Positions 1-10,037 of a stretch of 64,000 nucleotides of DNA are shown one piece after another (the first letter of the stretch is position 1; every line of letters begins with the position of its first letter). The notes beneath the pieces were generated by a model, which worked only from the letters and a program-made list of their open reading frames with translations, made no database searches and was not told where the DNA came from. The stretch spans positions 9,577-73,576 of IMG/VR virus record IMGVR_UViG_3300036987_000420; one strand, written 5' to 3'. The translations under genes were made by a program, and so were the position numbers. Source of the DNA: a virus (Duplodnaviria; Caudoviricetes).

Positions 1-347
1 TTCGCGAGCCGCTCCTCTTCCTCGGGCGTCCAGGCGCGCGTCTCGCCGCGGGGCCGGCTCAGCCCGAGCAGGTGTGCCCGTCGGCGGATGTCCCAGCGCT
101 CCCGGCCGAGGCGCCGGGCGAGCTTCGTGATGGTCTCCGGCCGGCTGTCGTAGACGCGGCGCAGCTCGGCGTCCTCGTCGGCCGTCCAGGGCGCCCGCTT
201 CCGCCGGCGCCCGCCGCAGCCGCCCTTCTCGCCCAGCGCCTTCTGGGCGCAGGGGTTGCTGCAGTAGGTGCGCGGGTAGCCGGCCGAGTGCTCCGCCGGG
301 ATGGGCGCGCCGCAGAAGCCACAGGCGTTGTCGATGGCGGCGACCAC
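1..347 (-). CDS. Zn-finger plus Myb/SANT-like repeat protein (runs off window edge)
   Basis: Manual translation from GTG 347: CGFC...YCSNPC then WTADEDAELRR and WTPEEEERL repeats. Confidence 0.7.
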   Translation of the reverse strand, partial: MVAAIDNACGFCGAPIPAEHSAGYPRTYCSNPCAQKALGEKGGCGGRRRKRAPWTADEDAELRRVYDSRPETITKLARRLGRERWDIRRRAHLLGLSRPRGETRAWTPEEEERLA

Positions 348-350
348 GGC

Positions 351-1181
351 TCAGGCCTCCCCCTTCACGAGGCAGCGCACGCCGGCGCGGCGGCACTGCT
401 CGACGATGCTGGCGATCCAGCGCCGGTCGCAGGGGCGCCGGCGCGGCCCCGTCTCCGGACCGACGATGACGAGGTCGACAGCCGCCAGCAGATCCGGGAT
501 GAAGATCACCTGCTCGAGCAGCGGCTCCACGCTCAGCCAGCGATGCGACGCCGGGGTGTCCAGCAGGATCGACAGACGCCGGACGGCGTCGGCCTGCGTG
601 CAGATGCTGGCGCCCTCCCAGACGTTGGTCAGGGGCCAGCTCGCCGCATAGTACCCGCGCAGCACGATGCGGTGCGCATCGTGTCGTCGAGCCATCTGAA
701 CGCAGTGGTCGAGCGGGGTGAGCTTCAGATCGGTGCGCGGGCCTGTGTACTTGGCGAGACGCCGGGCACACTCGGCCGGCAGCCAGGCGTGAAACGCGTG
801 GCGCCTGACGACGTCCTTCGTGAGCGTCAGGAACGACACGTAGGGCTGTGCCGCCATCACCCCGTACACGGCAGCCCGCTGCTCGTCGGTGATGCCCGGG
901 TCGAACAGGTCGCCCTGGTAGGCGACAGCGACCACAGGCAGCCCCTCCAGGCGCAGCGGGACGTCCTTCCAGCGCTCGGGCCGCCAGTGCAGCGGATCCG
1001 CCAGGCGGTCGACGTGGAACGTCGGCGTGAACCCGTGGCCGGCGGTCACCTGCGGGAACCGTTCGGCGTTCGCGCGGGCCCAGCAGTTCGGACGGCACAG
1101 CTCGGTGGTGCACGTCCGCGGCGAACAGCCGGTGACCGGGTTCCAGGGCCGCCAGTAGATGCTCGTGCGCTCGGCTTCCAC
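351..1181 (-). CDS. DUF5131 / phage Gp37-Gp68 family protein
   Basis: WNPVTGCS...C..NCWA, GDLFD, LTK, NVWEGAS, WLSVEPLL, VIVGPETG motifs; GTG start 1 nt after the ASCH stop. Confidence 0.85.
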   Translation of the reverse strand: MEAERTSIYWRPWNPVTGCSPRTCTTELCRPNCWARANAERFPQVTAGHGFTPTFHVDRLADPLHWRPERWKDVPLRLEGLPVVAVAYQGDLFDPGITDEQRAAVYGVMAAQPYVSFLTLTKDVVRRHAFHAWLPAECARRLAKYTGPRTDLKLTPLDHCVQMARRHDAHRIVLRGYYAASWPLTNVWEGASICTQADAVRRLSILLDTPASHRWLSVEPLLEQVIFIPDLLAAVDLVIVGPETGPRRRPCDRRWIASIVEQCRRAGVRCLVKGEA

Positions 1182-1182
1182 G

Positions 1183-1647
1183 TCAGTCCTCCATCCGCGC
1201 CAGCACGTCGGCCGGCACGTCCCAGAAGCCGAGCCGACCCGCGCACGGGAAGGGCTCGGAGAACCGCACTGCATCGGTGACGAGCAGCGCCGTCAGGCCG
1301 CTCACGTCGTAGAGGTGGCGCAGCCGGTCGCGACCGGACTCCGGCATCCGCAGGTCGACGGCCGCGACCACGTCGCCGGCTCGCATGGGGCGCACGCCCA
1401 CGAGACGGACCAGGCCGACGATGCCCGGCCGGTACTCGGCGCGGCCGAGGTCGACGCCGTACTCCGCGAGGGCGCGGATGGCGCTGCGGTCGACGGCCTG
1501 GCTCGCGTGCACCGCGATCCGCTGCCCGACGAGGTGCCGCGCCTCGCGCTGGCCCGGGTAGCCGGGCGACCACTCGCGGGTCTCCACCGTCTTCCGGCCC
1601 GCGACGATCAACCACGCCCAGGGGTGCTTGATGCTCAGCGCCTTCAC
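1183..1647 (-). CDS. ASCH domain protein
   Basis: KALSIKHPWAWLIVAGRKTVETR...IAVHAS...GRLGFWDV. Confidence 0.9.
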   Translation of the reverse strand: MKALSIKHPWAWLIVAGRKTVETREWSPGYPGQREARHLVGQRIAVHASQAVDRSAIRALAEYGVDLGRAEYRPGIVGLVRLVGVRPMRAGDVVAAVDLRMPESGRDRLRHLYDVSGLTALLVTDAVRFSEPFPCAGRLGFWDVPADVLARMED

Positions 1648-1648
1648 G

Positions 1649-3418
1649 TCACGCCCCCATCTCCCGCACGAATCGACTGGGCTCGCACGGCTCCTCGGCG
1701 GCGCCGGGGTACGGCACGCGAATCGCGGGACTCGTGACGACGAGGTGGTCGCGCGCTCGGGTGCACGCGACGTAGAAGAGGCGCCGCTCCTCGGCCAGGT
1801 CGTCCGGGTTGCGGGCGGCGCTCGCCGTCGGCCAGGCGCTCTCGGCCGCGCCGACGACGTAGACCACCGGCCACTCCAGGCCCTTCGCACCGTGCACCGT
1901 CGAGAGGGTGACGGCGTCCTCCTCGCCGGCGCCGGCCGGCTCGACGTCGGAGAGCGCGGCGCGGTGCGCGAGGAACGCCGCCGGGTCCACGTCGACCGTG
2001 TCGTCGTCGAAGCGCTCGTCCGTCCACTCCTCAACGAGCGCGACTGCATCGGGCTCCTGGGCGCCCTGTCGCGCCGTCCACTTCCACGCCCAGCGTGCGA
2101 TCGTTCCGGCGGACACCGGACCGTTGGCGGCCGACTCCGCGGAGATGCCGGTGGTGAAGTCGCGCACCATCGGCAGGCACTCCAGCAACGGCCGGCGCTC
2201 CGTCGCGGCGCGCAGGCGGGCGGCGGCGACGTCCTCTCCGAGGGCGGCGCCGAGCGTCTCGGCGGCGAGGTCGTCGTGCGGGTCGACGCACAGGCGCAGT
2301 GCGGCGAGCACGACGCGGCCCTCCGGCGTCGCGAACGGGTCGGCCGGCCGGCGCAGGCGGCGCGTCGGGATGCCGCGGTCGGCCAGCGCCTGCTCGACGG
2401 CGTCGAGGTCGCGCCAGCGGCGGGCGAGGATGGCAACGTCGCGGGGCCGCGACAGCGCGAGCGACACATAAACCCACGCCGAGACGAGCGCGGGCTCGGC
2501 GCAGGACACGCCGGGCACGTCGACCCCGGCGCGCAGCGTGGCGACGCTCGGGTCGGTCGTCTCCTCCCGCGCCGCCTCGCAGTCCGGCAGCCCGAGCCCC
2601 ATCGCCCGCGCGATGCGGTTGGCCGCCTCGACGATGCCGGGGCGGCTGCGGTAGTTCGTGGCGAGGTGGTAGGTGTGCCAGTCGTCGCGGCCGAGCAGGC
2701 GCACGAAGGCAGCTGGCTCTGCCCCGCGGAAGCGGTAGATGCTCTGCCGCGGGTCGCCGACGCAGTAGAGGTGCCCGCGCTCGCAGGTGACCGCGACCAC
2801 GAACTGCCACTGGGCGACGGAGCAGTCCTGCGACTCGTCGACGAGCACGTGATCCCACAGCCCGTCGAGGTGGCCCTCCATCGCGGCGTGGACGACGGCT
2901 CGCTCCAGCTCGTCGTAGTCTACGGCGTTGGCGCGCTTCAGGATGTCGGCGTAGCAGCGTGCCGCCCGCTCGCTGCCGAGCGTCTTCGCGACGTCGACCC
3001 GCCGCGGGTCGCTGCCGCGCACGTAGGAGACCTTCGCGCCGGCGTCCCGGGCCGCCCGCTCGACGGCCGCCTCGACGTCCGACGTCTCGTAGAGCACCCA
3101 GCCCGGCCGGCGGCAGGCCCACTGCGGGTGGCGCTGCAGGAGCTGGTAGGCGAGCCCGTGGAAGGTGCCGATGTACATCGCCTCCGCGGCCTCGCCGCTG
3201 ACGAGCTCGCCGACGCGGCTGCGCAGCTCGGCGGCCGCGGCGCGGGTGAACGTCAACGCGACGATGCGCTCCGGCAGAACGGCGCGCTCGACGAGCAGGT
3301 GGCCGACGCGCTCGGTGAGCACGCGCGTCTTGCCGCTGCCGGCGCCGGCGATGACGACGACGCGGGCCTCCGCGGCCTCGACGGCGGCGAGCTGGGTGGG
3401 GCTGAGCTGCATCACCAT
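1649..3418 (-). CDS. UvrD/Rep-family SF1 helicase
   Basis: [64 protein letters not shown]. Confidence 0.95.
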   Translation of the reverse strand: MVMQLSPTQLAAVEAAEARVVVIAGAGSGKTRVLTERVGHLLVERAVLPERIVALTFTRAAAAELRSRVGELVSGEAAEAMYIGTFHGLAYQLLQRHPQWACRRPGWVLYETSDVEAAVERAARDAGAKVSYVRGSDPRRVDVAKTLGSERAARCYADILKRANAVDYDELERAVVHAAMEGHLDGLWDHVLVDESQDCSVAQWQFVVAVTCERGHLYCVGDPRQSIYRFRGAEPAAFVRLLGRDDWHTYHLATNYRSRPGIVEAANRIARAMGLGLPDCEAAREETTDPSVATLRAGVDVPGVSCAEPALVSAWVYVSLALSRPRDVAILARRWRDLDAVEQALADRGIPTRRLRRPADPFATPEGRVVLAALRLCVDPHDDLAAETLGAALGEDVAAARLRAATERRPLLECLPMVRDFTTGISAESAANGPVSAGTIARWAWKWTARQGAQEPDAVALVEEWTDERFDDDTVDVDPAAFLAHRAALSDVEPAGAGEEDAVTLSTVHGAKGLEWPVVYVVGAAESAWPTASAARNPDDLAEERRLFYVACTRARDHLVVTSPAIRVPYPGAAEEPCEPSRFVREMGA

Positions 3419-3903
3419 CCTCCGTCATCCTCGGCAGCCGGCGCGCCGGTCGCGTTCGTGCGGGGCGCCGCGGGGGCCGAGGCCGGCCGACTCGGCGGCG
3501 GTCCGTATCCGCCACCGTAGCCGCCGCGGTCGTCGTCCTGCGGCGGCGGCGGGTCGTCCCGGCGCCGGCCGGCGCCCGGCGTGCCGCCCAGGAACTCGAC
3601 GTGCGACGCGACGACCTCGGTGGTCTGGTGTCGCTGGCCGTCCTTCTCCCACTCGCGCGTCTGCAGCTTGCCCTCGACGTAGACCTGCCGGCCCTTCGCG
3701 AGGTGCTCCTTACAGACCTCGGCGAGCCGCCCCCAGGCGATGACGCGGTGCCACTCGGTGCGCTCCTGGCGCTTGCCGTCGCGGTCCGTCCACACCTCGT
3801 TGGTGGCGACGCGGAGGTTCGCCACGGGCTGGTTGCTGGCGGTGTACCGGATCTCCGGGTCCGCGCCGAGATTGCCGATGAGGATGACCTTGTTGATGCC
3901 CAT
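3412..3903 (-). CDS. ssb: Single-stranded DNA-binding protein
   Basis: [21 protein letters not shown]...TEWHRV...[12 protein letters not shown]; acidic C-tail. Confidence 0.97.
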   Translation of the reverse strand: MGINKVILIGNLGADPEIRYTASNQPVANLRVATNEVWTDRDGKRQERTEWHRVIAWGRLAEVCKEHLAKGRQVYVEGKLQTREWEKDGQRHQTTEVVASHVEFLGGTPGAGRRRDDPPPPQDDDRGGYGGGYGPPPSRPASAPAAPRTNATGAPAAEDDGGW

Positions 3904-6368
3904 CAGGCCGCCTCGCCTTCCCCGGCCGCAGCCGCCGTCTCGGCCTGCGCCGCGAGCGCCGCGCGGACGCGCTTCTTCTTCGCGGTGTCGGCGGCGACCA
4001 TCGCCGTCGACTCGCGCTTCGCGGCCTCGCGGACCTCGGCGCCGCACTGGCAGCCGCGCGCCCGGTGGGCGTCGACGCGGATGCGCTGCCCGTCGCAGAA
4101 GACGTAGTCGGTGGGCTCCAGGCCGCCGGCCTCCGGCGGGTCCGGCACGACGGCGCCGGCCTCGTCGACCACGGCGGCCGGCGAATGCTGGTGCGCGTCG
4201 CAGACGAACACGGCAGGCGTCCGCGGGCTGTCGCGGTGCGCCTGGACGATGGCGACGCCGCTGCCGGCGAGCTTGTGCGCCAGGTCCGGCACGACGACGC
4301 CGGCGATGCCCTCGGCGACGTCGACCCGCATCGCGCAGAGCACGGCGGACAGTCGGCCGGCGCGCTGCTCCTCGGCGAGCACGCGCACCAGGCGGATGGC
4401 GCGGTCGGTCTCGAGCGCCTCGAGCCGGTCGATGACGACGGCGCGGAAGGGTGCTACGCTCGGATCTCCCTGCGACTGAAGGGATTGAGACGCGTACATC
4501 AGCGCGACGCCGCAGACGATCTGCTCGCTGTCGCTGAGCGCGGAGTAGGGGCGCCAGGCGTCCGACCCCTCCGGCCCGCCGGCGTCGAAGGTGACGAGAC
4601 CGAAGCCCCAGGCAGCGGGCTCGTCGCCGTTCGCGGGCAGCGGCCGGAACGCGAAGCCGCGCGCCAGCGGGTCGCCGCCGTACACCGGCCGGACGATCCG
4701 GTCGGCGTGCGCGGTCACGGCGGCCGCCGATCGCCGCGCCAGCTCGACGCCGAACGCGCCGAGCGCGCGCTCCAGGGCCCCCCAGGTCGCCCGCGCCAGG
4801 ATGGCCGCGTCGAGGTCGGCCTCGTTCGCGGCCCGCAGGCGCTCGGCCTCCTCGAAACCGGCGAGCCGGGCGACCTGGTCGGACACGGCGGTCAGATCCG
4901 CCTCGCGCTTGTCGCGCGCCCCCTCCAGGTCGCCGACACCCTCGAGCGGCGGCAGGGCGGCGAGCGCCTGCTCCGCGGCGACGAGCTCCGAGCGGGCGGA
5001 CGCGACGACCGCGGCGGCCTCGGACCGGGCGCGCTCCCCGGACGCGGCGCGCTGGGCGGCGGCGTGCGCGGCGCGCAGCGCGTCGGTGGCGCTGCGCTCG
5101 GCGTTCTCGGCCTCGCTGGCGGCGGCGTAGGCGTCGTCGGCCGCCCGCCGCGCGGCGTCGCCCCGCACCCCGAGCACCGCCTCCCGGCGCGCCAGTCCGG
5201 TGCGCTTCTCCTGGATGGCGGAGCGCGCGGCGTCGAGCGCGCCGCCGGTCGTGCCGCAGGTCGGACAGTGCCCGTCGGCGAGCGCGACGAGCGTCTGGTC
5301 GATGCGCGACAGGTCGCCACGCACGTCCCGCAGCTTCGCCTCGACCTCGGCCGCGGCGTTGTGCGCGGCGACCGCCGCCGCGCCGAGCTCCTTGCGGCGC
5401 GCGGTGGCGGCGTCGGCCGTCGCCTGGGCCTGCGCGACGGCGCCGGGGGCCGCCTCGGCTGGCGCCTGGGCGGCCGCGCCGGGCCGCTGCTCCGCCGCGG
5501 TGACCCGCTGCCGCGCCGTCTCGACGCGCGCCGCGGCCCGCTGGCGCTCGGCCTGCGCCTGGGCACGGGCGGCGAGCTTCTCGCGGACGGCGGTCAGCTC
5601 CTCGCGGACGCGGCGCTCCCGCGCCTGGGCGTCGGCCAGCGTCCCGGGCGGCAGGTCGTCGCGGCGCAGGTCGACCAGCCGGCCGCGGGCCTTCTCGGCC
5701 TCGGCCTTGCGCCTCTGCCACTCGTTCTTCTGGACGCGCGCGTGCTCCTTCGCGCCCTCCAGTCCGTCGGCGGCGAGCGCCTCGGCCACGGCGGCGAGCT
5801 GCGCCGCGTCCGGGCGGCCCTGGCGCGGCTGCCCGCGGGCGTCGTCGTACTCCACCTCGGTCCGGCGCAGGCGGTCGTCGAGGTCGGCGCGGATGGCCGG
5901 GTCGGCGAGCGTCACGCCGGCGACCTTCGCTACCAGCGCGGCCTGCTTCTCGGTCGTGAGGCTGATGAAGTCGGCGAGGTCGGTCGGCTGCATCCGCTGC
6001 GCGCCGAGGTGCGCGGCGAGACCCGCCTCGACCCCCTTCGCGTCCTTCACGAGCGGCTCGTCGCCGATGCTGAGGCGCGCCTCGTGCTTGGCGCCCAGGA
6101 TGCGGGTGAGGCGCAGCGGCCGGCCGTCGCTGGTCTCGCCCTCGACGCCGAGCTCGACGCGGCCGCAGTCCGCCGCGATGTCGCCGAGCTGCGCCGGGGT
6201 GGCGCTGCCACCGATGCGGGTGCCGAGGGCGAGATGGCAGGCGAGCAGGCGGGCCGACTTGCCGCTGCCGTTCGGGCCGACGACCAGCGTCGGGCGGGTG
6301 AGGTCGAGCACGAAGCGGCGGCCCTTGACGCCGTCGCCGTCGGCGATGATGGTGCGGATGGTGGTCAT
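3903..6368 (-). CDS. Rad50/SbcC-like SMC ATPase with zinc hook
   Basis: Walker A GPNGSGKS, long coiled coil with CPTCG hook, LSDSE signature-like motif, VVID Walker B, extra Cys/His C-tail. Confidence 0.85.
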   Translation of the reverse strand: MTTIRTIIADGDGVKGRRFVLDLTRPTLVVGPNGSGKSARLLACHLALGTRIGGSATPAQLGDIAADCGRVELGVEGETSDGRPLRLTRILGAKHEARLSIGDEPLVKDAKGVEAGLAAHLGAQRMQPTDLADFISLTTEKQAALVAKVAGVTLADPAIRADLDDRLRRTEVEYDDARGQPRQGRPDAAQLAAVAEALAADGLEGAKEHARVQKNEWQRRKAEAEKARGRLVDLRRDDLPPGTLADAQARERRVREELTAVREKLAARAQAQAERQRAAARVETARQRVTAAEQRPGAAAQAPAEAAPGAVAQAQATADAATARRKELGAAAVAAHNAAAEVEAKLRDVRGDLSRIDQTLVALADGHCPTCGTTGGALDAARSAIQEKRTGLARREAVLGVRGDAARRAADDAYAAASEAENAERSATDALRAAHAAAQRAASGERARSEAAAVVASARSELVAAEQALAALPPLEGVGDLEGARDKREADLTAVSDQVARLAGFEEAERLRAANEADLDAAILARATWGALERALGAFGVELARRSAAAVTAHADRIVRPVYGGDPLARGFAFRPLPANGDEPAAWGFGLVTFDAGGPEGSDAWRPYSALSDSEQIVCGVALMYASQSLQSQGDPSVAPFRAVVIDRLEALETDRAIRLVRVLAEEQRAGRLSAVLCAMRVDVAEGIAGVVVPDLAHKLAGSGVAIVQAHRDSPRTPAVFVCDAHQHSPAAVVDEAGAVVPDPPEAGGLEPTDYVFCDGQRIRVDAHRARGCQCGAEVREAAKRESTAMVAADTAKKKRVRAALAAQAETAAAAGEGEAA
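4468..4491 (-). repeat. CRISPR-repeat-like 24-nt hairpin, copy C (inside the Rad50-like CDS)
   Basis: Minus strand GTCTCAATCCCT-TCAGTCGC-AGGG; same architecture as copies at 31039 and 34755. Confidence 0.7.
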
Positions 6369-6679
6369 CGAGTCCCCCCTCGGTGCCGCAGTGCGGCGAT
6401 GATGGTCCGGGCGTCGGCGGCGCCGATCCTCGCGCCCTTCTCCCCTGCCTCGACGGCGCGCAGGCGGTCGATGGCCAGCGCCAGGTCGCTGTCGTCTCGC
6501 TGCTCGGCCGCGCGCACCACGGCCGACACCCGCTCCACGTCGCGCAGCGTCGCCGACACCGCGGTCATGTAGAGCGCGCGCGGCGTCGCCCGGGTCAGGT
6601 CGATCGCCCTGCGATGGTCGGCGTCCTCGGCGTCGGAAAGACGCAGGCGCACGCAGTGCGGACGAGGCGCTCTGTTCAT
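6365..6679 (-). CDS. Hypothetical protein
   Basis: ATG with GGAGAGGA RBS; stop overlaps the Rad50-like start. Confidence 0.65.
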   Translation of the reverse strand: MNRAPRPHCVRLRLSDAEDADHRRAIDLTRATPRALYMTAVSATLRDVERVSAVVRAAEQRDDSDLALAIDRLRAVEAGEKGARIGAADARTIIAALRHRGGTR

Positions 6680-6698
6680 CTGCAGAAGTCCTCTCCAG

Positions 6699-6891
6699 AA
6701 AAGGAGCGTCGTGCCTCGCCGGTCGGACGCGTCCAGTCGCGCTCTCGGGGCAGTCGGTGCGGTCCGTCGTTCGTACACCGCACAGGCACGTCGTTTTTCA
6801 GCGCCCCTCGCTCCTTGCGCCCCCGGGTGGAGTCGGACCACCCTGGCGAACCCGCTCCTGGACGCGCGGGCTGCCTCCCCGGTAGGGGCAC
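6699..6891 (-). ncRNA. Candidate structured RNA (tRNA-sized fold plus nested multi-stem)
   Basis: Acceptor-like GTGCCCC/GGGGCGC-A, T-arm GGGTGG-TCCGACT-CCACCC, then nested stems AAGGAGCG/CGCTCCTT, CGTGCCT/AGGCACG, GTGCGGT/ACCGCAC. Confidence 0.4.
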
Positions 6892-6923
6892 GCCGGGCCA
6901 CAACACGGGCCCGGCCGGCGCTG

Positions 6924-8246
6924 CTACGCCGCCCGCGTCGCCAGCGTCGCCAGGGCGCGCAGCGTCTCCTCGAGGATGGCGGCCTGGGCCTCGTCGGCCG
7001 CCCAGCTCCCGTCCTTCGCCGGCCGCGGGAACTCCGGGTCGTCGGCCCGGATCTCGTCGAGGGCCTCACGCAGACGCGCCTTCGCGGCGTCCATGTCGCC
7101 GCCCTCGAGCTCGAGCGCGACGCCGCGGACGTGCTGCCACAGCGGGGACGGCCCGGACCCGTTGCTCGGCGTCCGCGACTCGGCGGCCGGCTGCGGCGCC
7201 GGCGTCTCCGCCGGGAGCTGGTCCGCCGGCTCCTGGTCGGGCGCCTCGACCGCGTCGTCGACCTCCTCCACGTCCTCGACGTCTTCGATGTCCTCCTCGG
7301 GCTCCGACGGCAGGTCGGCGGCCGGGGTCGCGCGGACGAGTGGCTCCTCGACGTGGGCGGCGAGCTGCGCCAGGGGGCGGGCGCCGGCGCCCAGCACGCG
7401 GCCCGACTCGTAGGCGGACTGCGCCGCCTCGATCATCGCGAGGGCCGGGCCGGCGAAGCCGAGGTACACCGTCCAGACCCCGGCGGCGCCGTGGGCGGTG
7501 CGGCTGCGCTTCATGCGGAGCAGCAGCGGGACGGCGGAGAGCGTCGGGACCTTCTCCTCGTCGACCAGCCGCTGCAGCTCGTCGATGACGCCCTGCGTCT
7601 CGTCGAGGCCGATGATCGACTTGCTGCGGTAGCGGACGACGCCGAACGTCGACTCCAGCGCGGCGAGCTGCAGGCGCAGCTCCCACTCCGCGGCGCAGCG
7701 CGGGAACACCGGCTGCTTCCCGGTCGCGTCCATGCGGGCGTACCACGGGCACTCCGTGCCGTTGCAGACGACGGTCGTCGCGGCGCCGAGGTCGTTCTCC
7801 GCGCCGACGGGCTTGAAGCCCTGCGGCAGCGGCGCCACGACGCCGTCGTCGGACACGCGGTGCCGGTGGCACGCCGTCTGGCCGTCGCCCTGGCAGACGA
7901 CCGTGTCGCCGTCCTTCGTGCGGGCCCGGAACTGGCTGCCGAAGATGCCGTCCAGGTCGCGCGCCGGCGCGAGGTAGACGCGGATGGCGCGCAGCTTGGC
8001 CGTGGGCTCCTCGGGCGCCAGCCGCGCCTGCTCCTCGAGCAGCCGCGCCATGAGGGCGTCGTCGACCTGCCGGTTGCCGGCGGCGTCGTCGGGGTCGACG
8101 CCGGGCAGACAGACCTCCATGTAGTCGAGCCGCTCCGGGTAGGTCGGACGGCCGTCCTTCAGGCGCCGGCGGCCGATGCGGATGTGCCGCTCGGTCGGCA
8201 GCGTGCCCACGGCGCGGCCGGGGCGCAGGTTCACGATGCGGGGCAT
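6924..8246 (-). CDS. Gp3-like (recombination directionality factor-like) phage protein
   Basis: LPTERHIRIGRR...PERLDY, VVCQGDGQTA, C..EC...C..EWELRLQL, YRSKSIIG, VPLLLR pattern; acidic linker; GAGGAGG RBS. Confidence 0.6.
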   Translation of the reverse strand: MPRIVNLRPGRAVGTLPTERHIRIGRRRLKDGRPTYPERLDYMEVCLPGVDPDDAAGNRQVDDALMARLLEEQARLAPEEPTAKLRAIRVYLAPARDLDGIFGSQFRARTKDGDTVVCQGDGQTACHRHRVSDDGVVAPLPQGFKPVGAENDLGAATTVVCNGTECPWYARMDATGKQPVFPRCAAEWELRLQLAALESTFGVVRYRSKSIIGLDETQGVIDELQRLVDEEKVPTLSAVPLLLRMKRSRTAHGAAGVWTVYLGFAGPALAMIEAAQSAYESGRVLGAGARPLAQLAAHVEEPLVRATPAADLPSEPEEDIEDVEDVEEVDDAVEAPDQEPADQLPAETPAPQPAAESRTPSNGSGPSPLWQHVRGVALELEGGDMDAAKARLREALDEIRADDPEFPRPAKDGSWAADEAQAAILEETLRALATLATRAA

Positions 8247-8281
8247 GGTGTCCTCCTCTCGCGGCCGCTGGGCGGCCGGTG

Positions 8282-8467
8282 TCAGTCGTGGTCGCGCTCC
8301 CAGGCCGCGTCCGTGGCACGGTCCTCGGCGAGCGACTCGAGGTGCGCGATGCGGCGCTCCCGCGCCTCGTCGCCGGTGTCCTGGCACTCGTCGTCGCTGC
8401 GGTGGATCCCACCGCATCGATTGCACACGTCGGGCAGATCGCACCACTCGACGGCCATGCTCGTCAT
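8282..8467 (-). CDS. Small hypothetical Cys/His protein
   Basis: ATGA-coupled to upstream gene; CNRCGGIH motif. Confidence 0.6.
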   Translation of the reverse strand: MTSMAVEWCDLPDVCNRCGGIHRSDDECQDTGDEARERRIAHLESLAEDRATDAAWERDHD

Positions 8468-8748
8468 CCTCGCAGCTCGCACTCGTAGAGGTCGCGCAGC
8501 GTGCACACGCCGGCCGGACACTGCCCGGGGCTCGGGCACTCCACGAACGGCACGGCGCAGTCCGCCAGCGCCCCCGGGAAGGTGCGCACGGGCCGGCCGG
8601 CCACGCGGCCGCAGACGGCCACCCGGATGCGGCCCAGGCCGACGCCCGGGACGGCGTCGTCGAGCGGCGCGCAGGCGCCGGTCAGGGCCCACGGCGCGAC
8701 CACGTCGGGGTGCGGGTTCGTCTGGTAGTCGTTGGCCCGGTTGCGCAT
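8464..8748 (-). CDS. Small Cys-rich hypothetical protein
   Basis: GAGGAGG RBS; stop coupled to next gene. Confidence 0.6.
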   Translation of the reverse strand: MRNRANDYQTNPHPDVVAPWALTGACAPLDDAVPGVGLGRIRVAVCGRVAGRPVRTFPGALADCAVPFVECPSPGQCPAGVCTLRDLYECELRG

Positions 8749-8776
8749 CGCTTCCTCCTCCTCGAGCGAGAGGGGT

Positions 8777-8819
8777 GCCCCGGGCCGGCGGCAGAGTCGG
8801 CAGGCCGCCGGCCCGGGGC
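8777..8819. other. Perfect 16-bp hairpin
   Basis: GCCCCGGGCCGGCGGC-N11-GCCGCCGGCCCGGGGC. Confidence 0.7.
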
Positions 8820-9038
8820 TGGAGGAGGACACGGGCGCCGCATCCTGCTGGCGTCCCGGCAGGTCGCCGCGCCCGGCGTGACGAGAACGGCTCCGCTCGG
8901 CTCGCCGGTCCGGCGAGTCTTTGGGCCGTGCTCGCCACGCCGCGCGTGGCGACGGGCTCTGTCCTCCCCCCGTGCCCGGCAGGGTGGTCACGAGGCGCTC
9001 TCTGGCAGCCAGGTACGGAAGGAGAGGCGTACAAAGGC

Positions 9039-9117
9039 GGCCTCCCGGTCGGTGGTACTCTCGTCGTGCCACCGACGTCCCCGACGTGCGGGGATGAGAC
9101 ACACCGACAGGGAGGCC
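9039..9117 (+). promoter_or_regulatory. Inverted repeat enclosing an extended -10 box and pairing with the RBS (copy 1)
   Basis: GGCCTCCCgGTCGGTG / CACCGACaGGGAGGCC; TG-G-TACTCT at 9053-9061; ATG at 9121. Confidence 0.65.
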
Positions 9118-9120
9118 AGG

Positions 9121-9417
9121 ATGGACGAACTACGGATCCCATTCGTCGTCGCGTGCGACTGCGGCGCGAGTTTCTGGGTCGACGCCCAGCAGCTTGCGAC
9201 CCCGGGCCTGGTGTTCCAGTGCCCATCGTGCCTGACGTACCACCGGAATGTGCTGAGCCCGGCGCCAGAACTGGTACGGTCGTTCGCGGCCCGTCACGCC
9301 GCGCTCCGAGACGTCGTCAAGCGTGGAGGCCGCGTAACACAGGCCATCGAGAGCGACCTTCCGTTCGTGCGCGGCGAGCGGGAGTCGCTCGACGATCCGG
9401 GCTGCAAGCCGCAGTAG
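9121..9417 (+). CDS. Zinc-ribbon (MJ0042-like) small protein, paralogue 1
   Basis: CDCGASFWVDAQQLATPGLVFQCPSC; GGGAGG RBS. Confidence 0.75.
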   Translation: MDELRIPFVVACDCGASFWVDAQQLATPGLVFQCPSCLTYHRNVLSPAPELVRSFAARHAALRDVVKRGGRVTQAIESDLPFVRGERESLDDPGCKPQ

Positions 9418-9699
9418 CCAGACCACGAACAGCACCCGCCGCAGCCGAACCACCCGCCCGGTCGCCCGGCCCGCGTAGCGCAGAGACATGGCCCTCCCCT
9501 CCTCCGTCCTGGTTGCCACAGAGCGACCCGTGCCCGCCCTCTCCGCTCCCCCGCACCGTCGGTCGCGCGCTGGGTCATGGCCCGGCCGGCGGGGTCGGGC
9601 TCACGCGCCGGAACGCGCTCACCCGGTGGTCCGCGGCCGACGACGGCTGCGGTCGCCAGCGCGCTGCGGGGCTGTCAGAGATCGCCGAGCACGAGGGGG

Positions 9700-9752
9700 A
9701 TATTAGGAGCTGCCTAATCAGGCGTCAAGTGCAAAATTAGCCCGCCCCTAAC
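9700..9752 (-). promoter_or_regulatory. PL promoter with OL operators
   Basis: Minus TTGACG-N17-TAATAT; ATTAGG-N5-CCTAAT at 9702-9718 and near-copy at 9736-9752. Confidence 0.85.
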
Positions 9753-9818
9753 TGTTCGGCCGCGCCGGCCGGCAGCGGCCATCGGTGCGGCGAAGTGCGG
9801 CGGACGGGAGGGGTGGGG

Positions 9819-10037
9819 CTACAGCAGCGCGACGAACTCGTCGGCGGTCAGCTCGGCGGCGCGCAGGATGGCGGCCAGGGTGCCGCGGTCCAGCTCGTGG
9901 TGCAGGGGGACGGTGACGGGCGGACGGCCCGGACAGGTGAGGCGGGCGTGGCTGCCGCGCTGGCGCGCCACCACGTAGCCGAGGCGGCCCAGCGCGCGGA
10001 CGCAGACGCGGCCCGAGACGACGGGCAGCTCGGCCAT
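9819..10037 (-). CDS. hicA: HicA-family toxin (dsRBD-fold mRNA interferase)
   Basis: LGYVVARQRGSHARL...VTVPLHHELDRGTLAAILR. Confidence 0.92.
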   Translation of the reverse strand: MAELPVVSGRVCVRALGRLGYVVARQRGSHARLTCPGRPPVTVPLHHELDRGTLAAILRAAELTADEFVALL

